64,000 bases of DNA from Bacillales bacterium UBA1361 (GTDB taxonomy: Bacteria; Bacillota_I; Bacilli_A; RFN20; CAG-826), in contig DBRT01000030.1 in NCBI GenBank assembly GCA_002306335.1, positions 13,759-77,758 of the forward strand. The letters are read 5' to 3'. Below are positions 50,351 through 60,924 of the stretch, one piece after another; position 1 is the stretch's first letter, and each line of letters opens with the position of its first letter. A model generated the notes under the pieces. That model was not told the DNA's origin. It made no database searches and saw only the letters and a program-made list of their open reading frames with translations. The position numbers were made by a program, and so were the translations under genes.

Positions 50351-51352
50351 ATGTCAAAAAAGAAAGATGCAAATATTTTACAAGAAACATTAAAAGAAAT
50401 TGAAAAGTCGTTTGGTAAAGGCGCCATTATGAAACTAGGCGAACGCCCAGTTATTAATGTTGATGTCATTCCGAGCGGCTCATTATTAATTGATGAAGCA
50501 CTTGGCGTTGGTGGCTATCCAAAAGGGCGTATTATTGAAATCTTTGGACCAGAAAGTAGTGGGAAAACTACTTTAGCGCTGCACGCAATTGCTGAATGTC
50601 AAAAGAAAGGTGGTCAAGCTGCTTTTGTCGATGCTGAACATGCAATTGACCCGATTTATGCTAAAAATTTAGGAATTAATATTGATGAATTACTTTTAGC
50701 ACAACCTGATTCAGGTGAACAAGCACTGGAAATTGTTGTCCGTCTTGCCGAAAGTGGTGTGATTGATTTAATCGTTGTTGATAGTGTGGCTGCACTTGTA
50801 CCTGAAGCAGAACTATCTGGCGAAATGGGTGATAACCAAGTAGGACTACAAGCACGCCTGATGTCAAAAGCAATGCGTAAACTAGCGGGTGTATTAAATA
50901 AAGCTGAGTGTACTGTTATCTTTATTAATCAACTACGCGAAAAGGTTGGAATAATTTATGGCAATCCTGAAGTTACTTCTGGTGGTCGTGCATTAAAATT
51001 TTATTCTTCCATTCGTATTGACATTAGACGCGGTGAAGCGATTAAGCAAGGTTCTAAATTAATTGGTAATCAAGCAAAAATTCGTATTGTAAAAAACAAA
51101 GTTGCACCACCATTTGCCGCTTGTGGAATCGATATAATTTATGGCAAAGGTATTTCTAAAATTGGGGAAATTCTTGAATTAGCGGTTAACCGCGGATTTA
51201 TTAAAAAGTCGGGTTCGTGGTATGAACACGATGGACTTAAGATTGGACAAGGCCGCGAAGCAGCGCAAAATTATATTTTGGAGCGCCCAGAATTACTCGC
51301 TGATTTAGAAGAAAAAATTAAAACAGGCGTAGTCGCCACTGAAACTAAATAA
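50351..51352 (+). CDS. recA: recombinase RecA
   Basis: Walker [10 protein letters not shown] and the RecA signature. 333 aa. Confidence 0.97.
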   Translation: MSKKKDANILQETLKEIEKSFGKGAIMKLGERPVINVDVIPSGSLLIDEALGVGGYPKGRIIEIFGPESSGKTTLALHAIAECQKKGGQAAFVDAEHAIDPIYAKNLGINIDELLLAQPDSGEQALEIVVRLAESGVIDLIVVDSVAALVPEAELSGEMGDNQVGLQARLMSKAMRKLAGVLNKAECTVIFINQLREKVGIIYGNPEVTSGGRALKFYSSIRIDIRRGEAIKQGSKLIGNQAKIRIVKNKVAPPFAACGIDIIYGKGISKIGEILELAVNRGFIKKSGSWYEHDGLKIGQGREAAQNYILERPELLADLEEKIKTGVVATETK

Positions 51353-51385
51353 TTACAATTATTTTATAAATTTTAAAATTAAAAA

Positions 51386-51414
51386 ACACAATTTTTAAAA
51401 TTGTGTACTTTACT
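51386..51414 (+). terminator. weak AT-rich hairpin after recA
   Basis: ACACAATTTT/AAAATTGTGT palindrome followed by ACTTTACT. Confidence 0.3.
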
Positions 51415-51645
51415 AATCATCTTTGCTTTAATTAATGCTAAAAAGTTGTTATAATCAAAGTGCGCACTAAGTGCGTTCACCTAAACTTCATGTTAGGTTA
51501 TTAATTCACTTTATTGAAATTTATTTACATAAATCATCGCTAAACATTAATGATGTAACATTGGAATTTAGGTAACAGACTATTTTTCGTTTGTATATAT
51601 TTTCAAACACAAAATTTTAAAAAACAAAGAAAGAAGGAACACAAA

Positions 51646-53196
51646 ATGGAAGTTTTGTACTATGCACTATTCTTTCTTGTCGGACTTGGACTTGGAATCG
51701 GACTATTTTTCCTCATTCCAGCATTTAAAGCGAAGCAAGCATTTGCGAAAGCACAAAAATTAACAAAAGAAGCGGAAATTAAAGCCGAACACATTGTAAA
51801 GAATGCTGAACTTGACGCTAAACAAATCATTTATGAAGGAAAACAAGAACTCGAACAAGCCGGCAAAGAACGGCGTGCCCAAATTCGTGAGCTAGAAAGG
51901 CTCCTTAATGATCGTGAAAAAGGAATTGAACGTCGCGATCAATTATTACATAGCAAAGAGCAGTCACTTGACGCTCGTCATGAAAACTTATCAGTGAAAA
52001 TCAAAGAAGCTGATGAACTCAAAAAAGACCTACAAATTAAGATTGACTCAATTTTAGGCGAGCTTGAAACAGTCGCACAAATGACAGTTAGTGAGGCGCG
52101 AGATGAATTATATCATCGCGTTGACGCTAAACTGGAAAAAGAAATCGCGCTGTATATTAAGCAAAAAGAAGAAGAAGCCGAACTACAAGTTAATGAACAA
52201 GCTCGTGATATTTTAGCAAACACGATTGCGCGTTATTCACAAGAAGTGACGACTGAACGCACTGTTAGTACGGTCGAATTACCAAATGATGAAATGAAAG
52301 GACGCATTATCGGTCGTGAAGGACGCAACATCCGCACACTTGAACAACTATTAGGCGTTGATATTTTAATTGATGATACACCAGAAGTTATTACTGTGTC
52401 ATGCTTTGATCCAATTCGCCGTGAGACCGCTAGACGGACGATTGAACTATTAGTCAAAGACGGCCGAATTCAACCAAGTCGTATTGAAGAAGTTGTGGAA
52501 AAAGCAACGCAAGAACTTGATGAAATTATTATTAAGACTGGTAAAGACGCTCTTGCCGAACTTGGGATTCCTAATGTCCACAAAGATATGATTCCATTTA
52601 TTGGCCGCTTAAAATACCGCACGAGTTACGGACAAAGTGCACTTAAACATAGTATTGAAGTCGCCCATTTATGTGGCATTATGGCTGCTGAATTAGGGCT
52701 TGATATTACGCGCGCTAAACGTGCAGGATTATTCCATGACATTGGTAAATCAGCGGATTTTGAACTTGAAGGAAGTCACGTTGAAGTTGGAGCAAGACTA
52801 GCGAAAAAATTCAATGAACCAGATTATGTTATTGATGCAATTGAAAGCCACCACGGTGATAAAGAATCGCGTTTTATCTTTAGTCAATTAGTCATCGCTG
52901 CTGATACATTAAGTGCAGCGCGACCAGGTGCTCGGACTGAAACGCTTGAAAATTACATTAAACGTTTAGAAAAACTTGAAGAAATTTGTAAATCGTATGA
53001 CGGTGTGCAAACTAGCTTTGCAATGCAATCAGGCCGTGAAGTACGCGTGATGGTCCATCCTGATAAGGTGGATGATATTATGGTCAATAAACTCGTTCGT
53101 GATATTCGTGAACGGATTGAAAATGAAATGACTTATCCTGGTCAAATTAAAGTGTCGGTTATTCGTGAATACCGTGCAAGTGATGTAGCAAAATAG
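51646..53196 (+). CDS. rny: ribonuclease Y
   Basis: N-terminal TM helix, a coiled coil, a KH domain (GRIIGREGRNIR) and an HD domain (HDIGK..HH). Confidence 0.9.
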   Translation: MEVLYYALFFLVGLGLGIGLFFLIPAFKAKQAFAKAQKLTKEAEIKAEHIVKNAELDAKQIIYEGKQELEQAGKERRAQIRELERLLNDREKGIERRDQLLHSKEQSLDARHENLSVKIKEADELKKDLQIKIDSILGELETVAQMTVSEARDELYHRVDAKLEKEIALYIKQKEEEAELQVNEQARDILANTIARYSQEVTTERTVSTVELPNDEMKGRIIGREGRNIRTLEQLLGVDILIDDTPEVITVSCFDPIRRETARRTIELLVKDGRIQPSRIEEVVEKATQELDEIIIKTGKDALAELGIPNVHKDMIPFIGRLKYRTSYGQSALKHSIEVAHLCGIMAAELGLDITRAKRAGLFHDIGKSADFELEGSHVEVGARLAKKFNEPDYVIDAIESHHGDKESRFIFSQLVIAADTLSAARPGARTETLENYIKRLEKLEEICKSYDGVQTSFAMQSGREVRVMVHPDKVDDIMVNKLVRDIRERIENEMTYPGQIKVSVIREYRASDVAK

Positions 53197-53198
53197 TA

Positions 53199-53996
53199 AT
53201 GGTGAAAATTTTATTTATTGGTGATATTGTTGGCAAAATCGGGCGAAAAACTCTCGCCCATTTCCTGCCTATACTTAAGCGTGAACATGACTTTGATTTA
53301 ATTATCGCTAACGGCGAAAATACAACGCATGGGCGCGGATTAACGAAAAAACATTATGAAGAATTAGTAAATCTTGGGATTGATGTCATCACACTTGGTA
53401 ATCATTTTGATGATCGTCCAGAACTTAAATATTACATTACCGAAGTGCATAATTTAGTGAGACCATTAAACTTAATTGAAAATTATCCTGGTGAAGGATC
53501 TGTCGTTGTCACAACGAAAAAAGGTGACAAAGTTCGCGTCACTAATGTATTAGGACAAGCATTTATGAAAGAAATCATTACTAGTCCGTACGCTAATCTT
53601 AAAATGCTTAACGCTGATACAGAAAAGATGATTCATATCGTTGATTATCATGCAGAAGCTACTGCAGAAAAAATGACGATTGGCTGGGAATTTGATGGTG
53701 CAGTAAGTGCTGTTTTAGGTACACACACTCATGTACAAACGCGTGACGCCCGTATTTTGCCAAAAGGTACAGCTTATATTAGTGATGTTGGTATGACGGG
53801 GGCATATAATGGCATCATTGGTGCAGATAGAGAACGCGTAATCGAGCGGACTTGGTTTGATAAACAAGTACCGTTTACTTATGAGTACAAAGATAAAGAA
53901 GCGCAATTTAGCGCTGTTATTTTAGAAATTAATAAACATACATTTAAAACAGAAAAAATAACACCACTTTATTACTTATGGAGAAGAGATGAGTAA
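53199..53996 (+). CDS. ymdB: YmdB-like metallophosphoesterase (2',3'-cNMP phosphodiesterase family)
   Basis: GDIVG...GENTTHG motifs. Located downstream of rny as in Bacillus. Confidence 0.8.
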   Translation: MVKILFIGDIVGKIGRKTLAHFLPILKREHDFDLIIANGENTTHGRGLTKKHYEELVNLGIDVITLGNHFDDRPELKYYITEVHNLVRPLNLIENYPGEGSVVVTTKKGDKVRVTNVLGQAFMKEIITSPYANLKMLNADTEKMIHIVDYHAEATAEKMTIGWEFDGAVSAVLGTHTHVQTRDARILPKGTAYISDVGMTGAYNGIIGADRERVIERTWFDKQVPFTYEYKDKEAQFSAVILEINKHTFKTEKITPLYYLWRRDE

Positions 53997-55425
53997 AACA
54001 TTACTTAATAATTTACCCTCCTTCACTAAAGCACGAAGACGTTATCCGTCCATAGTTCAAAATCTTAAGATTGAAGTACCGTCAATTGTTAGTGCGAAGT
54101 TAAGTGGTAAATTTTTCTTAATTAAAACATTTGGCTGTCAGGCAAATGTACGCGACGAAGAAAGTATGGCCGGTCTTTTAAGTATGGCTAATATGCGACG
54201 CACTGAAGAAGAAAAAGACGCTAGTGTAATTATTATTAATACATGTGCTGTTCGTGAAGGGGCTGAACAAAAAATCTTTGGTCAAGTCGGTAACTTAAAA
54301 GGACTAAAAACAAATAATAAAGATTTAATAGTAATTGTTGCGGGTTGTGTTGTGCAACAAGAAGAATCACTCGCGAAATTACGAAAAACATTCCCATATG
54401 TTGATATTTTTATGGGGACAAACGCTATTCATAAATTACTTGATTTAATTGCCTTACGAATAACGGAAAATAAAAAAGTAGTGGATGTGCCTAGTGATGA
54501 TGCCGATGTCTATGAAAACATCCCTGTGCAACGCATTGCCCCGCATAAAGCTTTTGTCAATATAACATATGGTTGTGATAAGTTTTGTACATATTGTATC
54601 GTCCCTTACACTAGGGGGAAAGAACGCTCACGATTACCTGCTGATATTTTACGAGAATGTCAAATTTTAGTGGATTCTGGTTATCAAGAAATTACACTCG
54701 TTGGTCAAAATGTTAATGCTTATGGTATTGATTTAAAAGATGGCACAACTTTTAGTTATATTTTAGAAGAAGTAGCAAAACTTGGCATCCCACGCCTTCG
54801 TTTTATTACTTCGCACCCATGGAACTTTGATGATGAAATGATTGATATTATCGCTAAATATCCTAATATCATGCGTAAAATTCATTTACCGTTACAAAGT
54901 GGTAGTGATGAAATTTTAAAGTTAATGGGACGCCGCTATACGGTTAAAGATTATTTAGAGTTAGTTACTAAATTACGGGCTAGAATGCCTGATATTTCAC
55001 TGACTACTGATATTATTGTTGGCTTTCCAAATGAAACAGAGCAACAATTTTTAGAAACATTAAAAGTTGTTGAAAAGGTAAATTACGAAAATGCTTATAC
55101 TTTTATTTATTCACCGCGCAAGGGTACTCCCGCTGCCCTTATGGAAGATAATGTTTCGCGTGAAGAAAAAGGTGAGCGCTTTAACAAGTTAAAAGCACTC
55201 GTTGATAGCCAAACCGAAGCTAATGCAGCTCTATATGTCGGGAATGAGTATCTTATTTTAGTTGATGGTTACAGTAAAAAAGATACGAGTGTATTAAGTG
55301 GATACACCGAAAGTGATCGTGTTGTTCATTTTGTAGGTACTCCTGATTTAATCGGTAAAATTGTTAAAGTTAAAATTACTGAGTCACGCGTTTATTCATT
55401 TGTTGGAGAACTAGTGAATGAATAA
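53989..55425 (+). CDS. miaB: tRNA-2-methylthio-N6-dimethylallyladenosine synthase MiaB
   Basis: N-terminal TGCQAN, radical-SAM CDKFCTYC and a TRAM domain. Confidence 0.9.
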   Translation: MSKTLLNNLPSFTKARRRYPSIVQNLKIEVPSIVSAKLSGKFFLIKTFGCQANVRDEESMAGLLSMANMRRTEEEKDASVIIINTCAVREGAEQKIFGQVGNLKGLKTNNKDLIVIVAGCVVQQEESLAKLRKTFPYVDIFMGTNAIHKLLDLIALRITENKKVVDVPSDDADVYENIPVQRIAPHKAFVNITYGCDKFCTYCIVPYTRGKERSRLPADILRECQILVDSGYQEITLVGQNVNAYGIDLKDGTTFSYILEEVAKLGIPRLRFITSHPWNFDDEMIDIIAKYPNIMRKIHLPLQSGSDEILKLMGRRYTVKDYLELVTKLRARMPDISLTTDIIVGFPNETEQQFLETLKVVEKVNYENAYTFIYSPRKGTPAALMEDNVSREEKGERFNKLKALVDSQTEANAALYVGNEYLILVDGYSKKDTSVLSGYTESDRVVHFVGTPDLIGKIVKVKITESRVYSFVGELVNE

Positions 55426-55729
55426 AGTTGAAATAGCCTTAAATGCATTAACGACTGAATTAGCGAATGACAAAAGAGTCGTAGAATTTAAAAAAGTAAA
55501 AGCACTGATTGAAAGTGATGCTTACTTAAAAAATGCAGAAGCACGGCTTAAAGAGTTACAACGATTAATGACACAAAACGCCTTTAACGAAGAAAAGCAT
55601 AACGAGTATAAAAGAGAATATTTACGACTAAAAAACAATTATGAAACGCATCCTTATCTAATAAATTATAATAGTTTGCTAAGTGAAATTGAAGATTTAC
55701 TTTACTCTTTAAAAACAGTAATTGAATAA
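55418..55729 (+). CDS. YmcA/YlbF-family protein (RicA-like), cysteine-free
   Basis: 103 aa helical protein in the position of ymcA before mutS. Contains no Cys. Confidence 0.45.
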   Translation: MNKVEIALNALTTELANDKRVVEFKKVKALIESDAYLKNAEARLKELQRLMTQNAFNEEKHNEYKREYLRLKNNYETHPYLINYNSLLSEIEDLLYSLKTVIE

Positions 55730-55760
55730 GCAATTTACCATACTATGGTAAAATGACACT

Positions 55761-58292
55761 ATGGGAAAAGAGAAGAAAAAAATCGTCTACACGCCGATGA
55801 TTGAGCAGTATTTAGAAATTAAACGGGAAAACCCGGGTATTTTAATTATGTATCGACTTGGTGATTTTTATGAGTTCTTTTTTGAAGATGCTGAAATTGT
55901 ATCTAAAGAATTACAATTAGTGCTCACTAAAAGAGCAGCAGGAAATAATCGTAAAATCCCAATGTGCGGGATACCCCATCACGCTTATGGTCCGTATCTT
56001 GTCAAGTTAATTGACGCTGGGCATAAGGTTGGAATTGTTGAACAAATGGAAGATCCTAGTTCAGCAAAGGGGATTGTAAAAAGAGAAATCATCCAAATTG
56101 TAACTCCTGGTTCGATTGTCGATTTTGAAGATAGTGATAATAACTTTATCACGGCGGTTGATGCTTACGCTGATGCTTTTACTGTAAGTTACGCAGATGT
56201 TTCTACTGGTGACATTTTCGTCACAACTTTACCGCGTGAAGATACGAGTTTAGTAAGTTATTTAAACGGATTAAACACTCGTGAAATTGTTGTGAGTCCA
56301 CAGTTTAGTGATAAGCTTTTAGGTGTTATTAAAACAAATATAAATCTTGTTATATCGTTTGAAGAGAATACAAAAATTGATGAAGAATATGAAGATTTAT
56401 TTAGTGATGTTAAGGATGAGCGGGAGTATTTGATTGCCGCGCGTTTAGTGAGCTATTTAACACGAACTAAAAAACGACAATTATCATATTTTAAAGCAAT
56501 TACTGTGACAAAACCGCAGTCTTTCTTACAAATAGATGCTTTTTCACGCCTTAATTTAGAGTTAACAAGAACAATTCGTAATGAAACAAAATACGGGTCT
56601 CTATTTTGGCTATTAGATGAAACAACAACAGCGATGGGTCGTCGTAAACTAAAAGATTTTATTATCCGTCCTTCACACGATTATGATGAAATTATTCGGC
56701 GGCAAAATATTGTAAACACATTTATTGTTAACTTTGTAACACGTGCGGAAGTTAAAGAACATTTTGTTAGTATTTATGACTTAGAACGTATAGTGGCGCG
56801 CATCTCTTTTGGTAGCGCTAATCCGCGTGACTTGTTGCGCCTTAAGACTTCACTCCAAGCACTAGAAAAAGCACGTAATCTTTTAGGTAAAATTAGAGAA
56901 CCTGAAATTAGTGAACTCTATGATAAGCTTGCAAGTAATATTCCTTTAATTACCTTACTGGAAAAAGCAATTAGTGAAGACGCCCCACTACAAATAACTG
57001 GTGGCGAAATATTTAAGTATGGATATTATGAAGCGCTTGATGAACTAATTGATTTAGCGCATGGTGGTAAAAAATGGATTAGTGCTTTTGAAGAAAAAGA
57101 ACGAGTGCGGACAGGAATTAAAAATTTGAAAATTGGTTATAATCGTGTATTTGGTTATTACATTGAAGTTAGTAATAGCAATTTAGATCAAGTTAAAGAT
57201 GAATTTGGTTATATCCGCAAACAAACAACAAAGAACGGTGAACGCTTTATTAATGAAGCGCTTAAAGAACAAGAAACACTAATTCTAAGTGCTGAAGAAC
57301 GACGGCAACAATTAGAAAGAGAACTTTTCGGTGCGCTTTTAAATGAGTTAAAGAAGTCAACACGATTATTACAACAAAGTGCCGATGTTGTAAGTGAAAT
57401 TGATGTTTTTATTTCTCTAGCGGAAGTGGCGGTCGCTAATAATTATGTTCGTCCTATATTTAACGATGCACGCGTGGTTGATATTAAAGAAGCACGGCAC
57501 CCTGTTTTAAGTAAATTACTTAAAGACCACGCCTTTGTTGCAAATGATATTGAGCTAGATGAAGCGACCGATATCGTGATTATTACTGGTCCAAATATGG
57601 GTGGTAAATCGACACTTATGCGTCAATTAGCGCTAATTGTGATTATGGCGCAGATTGGCAGTTTTGTTCCGGCAAAGAGCGCAAACTTAATGATTTTTGA
57701 TCAAATCTTTACACGGATTGGGGCAAGCGATGATTTAATAAGCGGACAATCAACATTTATGGTTGAAATGATTGAAGCAAATTATGCTTTACGCAAAGCA
57801 ACACCAAATTCACTTTTACTATTTGATGAAATTGGTCGCGGCACTTCAACTTATGACGGAATGGCTTTAGCCTACGCAATGCTTGAATATATTGCTAACA
57901 AGTTAAAAGTAAAGACATTATTTAGCACGCACTATCACGAAATTACTGCAATTGATGAGCATTATCCTAATATTAAAAACATTCATGTTGAAGTAAAAGA
58001 AGTCGAAAATAATGTAACCTTCCTTTATAAAATTAAACCTGGTCCTATGAATAAGAGTTACGGGATTAATGTTGCCCGTTTAGCGGGATTACCGCTAGAA
58101 ATTTTAAGTAATGCCCAAGAACATTTACAAACATTTGTCGCTAACAATAGTGGCGGCAATCCGACTAAAACAGAATATGTGCCACTAAAACCATTATGGT
58201 ATCAACAGCTCGAAAATTTAAATATTGATGAAATGACTCCCCTAGATGCCCTTATTCTTTTAAAGAAAATTAAAGATGAAGGGTTTAAATAA
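55761..58292 (+). CDS. mutS: DNA mismatch repair protein MutS
   Basis: Walker A GPNMGGKST and TH.HE. 843 aa. Confidence 0.95.
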   Translation: MGKEKKKIVYTPMIEQYLEIKRENPGILIMYRLGDFYEFFFEDAEIVSKELQLVLTKRAAGNNRKIPMCGIPHHAYGPYLVKLIDAGHKVGIVEQMEDPSSAKGIVKREIIQIVTPGSIVDFEDSDNNFITAVDAYADAFTVSYADVSTGDIFVTTLPREDTSLVSYLNGLNTREIVVSPQFSDKLLGVIKTNINLVISFEENTKIDEEYEDLFSDVKDEREYLIAARLVSYLTRTKKRQLSYFKAITVTKPQSFLQIDAFSRLNLELTRTIRNETKYGSLFWLLDETTTAMGRRKLKDFIIRPSHDYDEIIRRQNIVNTFIVNFVTRAEVKEHFVSIYDLERIVARISFGSANPRDLLRLKTSLQALEKARNLLGKIREPEISELYDKLASNIPLITLLEKAISEDAPLQITGGEIFKYGYYEALDELIDLAHGGKKWISAFEEKERVRTGIKNLKIGYNRVFGYYIEVSNSNLDQVKDEFGYIRKQTTKNGERFINEALKEQETLILSAEERRQQLERELFGALLNELKKSTRLLQQSADVVSEIDVFISLAEVAVANNYVRPIFNDARVVDIKEARHPVLSKLLKDHAFVANDIELDEATDIVIITGPNMGGKSTLMRQLALIVIMAQIGSFVPAKSANLMIFDQIFTRIGASDDLISGQSTFMVEMIEANYALRKATPNSLLLFDEIGRGTSTYDGMALAYAMLEYIANKLKVKTLFSTHYHEITAIDEHYPNIKNIHVEVKEVENNVTFLYKIKPGPMNKSYGINVARLAGLPLEILSNAQEHLQTFVANNSGGNPTKTEYVPLKPLWYQQLENLNIDEMTPLDALILLKKIKDEGFK

Positions 58293-60046
58293 TGGCTAAG
58301 ATCATTTTACTAGACAACGAACTTGCTAATCAAATTGCAGCGGGGGAGGTAATTGAAAGACCAAGTTCAGTTGTTAAAGAATTAGTGGAAAATAGTATTG
58401 ACGCTGGTGCTACTAAAATTGATGTTTTTATTAATGAAGCCGGACGTAAAGCAATAATTGTACAAGATAATGGTAGCGGGATTCCTAGCGACGAATTAGC
58501 GCTAGCTTTTTCGCGACATGCAACTAGTAAGATTCATTCAACTTTCGATTTATTTAGAATAAGAACTTTAGGGTTTAGAGGTGAAGCACTACCAAGTATT
58601 GCTTCAATTGCAAAAGTGCAAGTTGAAACTGCTGAAAAGGGGAAACCTGGAGCACTTGCTAAGATTGAAAATGGTGATATTAAAATTGAGCCAAGTGCAG
58701 TTAGTAGTGGTACAAAAATTACTGTCTCTGAACTTTTTTACAATACACCAGCGCGCCTTAAATATTTAAAACGCGATTATACCGAAAACGCTGTAACACT
58801 TGATGTTGTGACTAAAATAGCTTTAGCCCATCCTGATGTTAGTTTTAGTTTAACATTTGATGATAAGTTAAGATTTCGCACAAGTGGGCGAAATAATTTA
58901 GAAGAAACAATTTTAAATATTTATGGTTTAACATATGTTAAAAACTTATTACCAATTAGTGTTAAAACGAATGATTTTACGATTACAGGTTTCTTAGGGA
59001 ACACGAATTTAGTTCGTTCTAATCGTTACGGGATCATTACAAACTTAAATGGTCGTAATGTATATATGCCGAAAGTGCAAAGTACGATAATTGAAGCGTA
59101 TCACGGCTTTATTGCTCCCACGCGTTATCCGTTTGTCATTTTAAATTTACAAATAGAACCAGAACTAGTCGATGTTAATGTGCATCCGACTAAAAAAGAA
59201 GTGCGTTTTTCAAAAGAAGAAGACTTACGCAATGTTTTATTAAAAGAAATTCCGCTAGCGCTCCGTAAAGAAGCATTTATCCCTAAAGATCCGCACCAAA
59301 AAGTGCAACCACTATCAAGCACTACTAACGAAGAACCTAGAGCCGAGCAACTTATTTTTGATTTGCCGTTTGGCACTGAAACTAGTGAATTAAAAATTAG
59401 TGATAGTCATCATCAAGAAGCAATTAGAAAACCAATAACTAAAACAATTAGTGAATTAGAAAATAGTTTTGTTAATCCAGTTGCAGCACTCCATAACACC
59501 TACATTATTTGCGAAGTAAATGATGGGGGCTTTTGGCTTATTGACCAACACGCTGCTCATGAACGGATTAATTATGAGAAATTTCAAAAAGTATTAAATA
59601 TGGATTTAAAAACTAGACCACTTTTAGTGCCTGAACTTTTATCTTTTAGTCATAGTGAAATAGCGCTTTTTACTCCTGAAGTATTTACCATTCTTAAAGA
59701 TGTCGGAATTGAAGCAGAGTTATTTGGCCCAAATACACTAAGAGTTACTGCTGTGCCTAGTTGGGCAGGTGAATATGATGAACGCATTTATATTCAAGAT
59801 ATCATTGATGCTGTTATTACTGATAAGCGTTTAAATCAAGAGCTTTTACGCACTAACGCTATTGCAACAATGGCTTGTAAAGCATCAATTAAAGCTAATC
59901 ACCGCCTTTCAATTATGGAAATGCAACATTTAATAAAAGAATTACTAGCGTGTGATAATCCGTTTAGTTGTCCGCATGGTCGGCCGACAATTATTAAGTT
60001 TACGAAGTACGAATTAGAAAAAATGTTTAAGAGGACAGGCACATGA
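58292..60046 (+). CDS. mutL: DNA mismatch repair protein MutL
   Basis: GHKL ATPase N-terminus (ELVENSIDAGAT) and a C-terminal dimerization domain. Confidence 0.95.
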   Translation: MAKIILLDNELANQIAAGEVIERPSSVVKELVENSIDAGATKIDVFINEAGRKAIIVQDNGSGIPSDELALAFSRHATSKIHSTFDLFRIRTLGFRGEALPSIASIAKVQVETAEKGKPGALAKIENGDIKIEPSAVSSGTKITVSELFYNTPARLKYLKRDYTENAVTLDVVTKIALAHPDVSFSLTFDDKLRFRTSGRNNLEETILNIYGLTYVKNLLPISVKTNDFTITGFLGNTNLVRSNRYGIITNLNGRNVYMPKVQSTIIEAYHGFIAPTRYPFVILNLQIEPELVDVNVHPTKKEVRFSKEEDLRNVLLKEIPLALRKEAFIPKDPHQKVQPLSSTTNEEPRAEQLIFDLPFGTETSELKISDSHHQEAIRKPITKTISELENSFVNPVAALHNTYIICEVNDGGFWLIDQHAAHERINYEKFQKVLNMDLKTRPLLVPELLSFSHSEIALFTPEVFTILKDVGIEAELFGPNTLRVTAVPSWAGEYDERIYIQDIIDAVITDKRLNQELLRTNAIATMACKASIKANHRLSIMEMQHLIKELLACDNPFSCPHGRPTIIKFTKYELEKMFKRTGT

Positions 60047-60924
60047 TTTTTGTCATTGGTGGTGTGACCGCAAGCGGGAAAAGTGATTTAGCCTTCCGCT
60101 TTGCTAAAGCAATAAACGGAATTATTATTAACGCTGATGCGTTTGCTTTTTATAAAGAGTTAAATATAGGAACTGCTAAACCAACCAAAGAAGAATTAGC
60201 GATGCTTCCGACTTTTTTATTTAACAATATTTCATTAGATGAACGCTTTTCTATTTATAACTATCAAAAAGAAGTACGGATTATATTAGATAAGTATTTA
60301 GCTAAAAAAATTCCGATAGTGCTCGTTGGTGGCAGCGGTCTTTATATTAGAGCAGCCTTATATAACTATAACTTACAACCGGAAAAGGACTTAAAGATTG
60401 TTGATGACCCTAACATAAGTAATACTTCACTGCACAAAGAATTAGAAGTGTTAGATAAAGAAGCTGCCGCTAAGATTCATCCTAATAATCGTAAGCGCGT
60501 ACTGCGGGCACTCGCTTTAATTAAAACTCACGCTCAAACAAAAACTGCGCTTGAAGAAGTAACATCAAGTGAGCCACTTTATCCGTATATTATGATTTGT
60601 TTAGATAAAGAAAATGAAATGCTCCATCGCGATATTGAAACAAGAGTTAAGTTAATGTTTGACAAGGGATTAAGAGAAGAAGCGATGACATTAAGCAAGA
60701 AATACCCGCGAAATGCACAGGGAATGCAGGCAATTGGTTATAAAGAGATTGTGCAAAATCCTAATGCCACTGATGAAGAATTAATAAATTTAATTGCCTT
60801 ACGTACAAGACAATATGCGAAAAGACAGCGAACTTTTTTTCGTAATCAGTTTGCCGCTAAATGGTTTACTGATAAAGAAGCAGCGTTTAATTATCTAAGA
60901 GGAAAGTATGAGGACTCATTATGA
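60043..60924 (+). CDS. miaA: tRNA dimethylallyltransferase MiaA
   Basis: P-loop GVTASGKS. 293 aa. Confidence 0.9.
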   Translation: MIFVIGGVTASGKSDLAFRFAKAINGIIINADAFAFYKELNIGTAKPTKEELAMLPTFLFNNISLDERFSIYNYQKEVRIILDKYLAKKIPIVLVGGSGLYIRAALYNYNLQPEKDLKIVDDPNISNTSLHKELEVLDKEAAAKIHPNNRKRVLRALALIKTHAQTKTALEEVTSSEPLYPYIMICLDKENEMLHRDIETRVKLMFDKGLREEAMTLSKKYPRNAQGMQAIGYKEIVQNPNATDEELINLIALRTRQYAKRQRTFFRNQFAAKWFTDKEAAFNYLRGKYEDSL

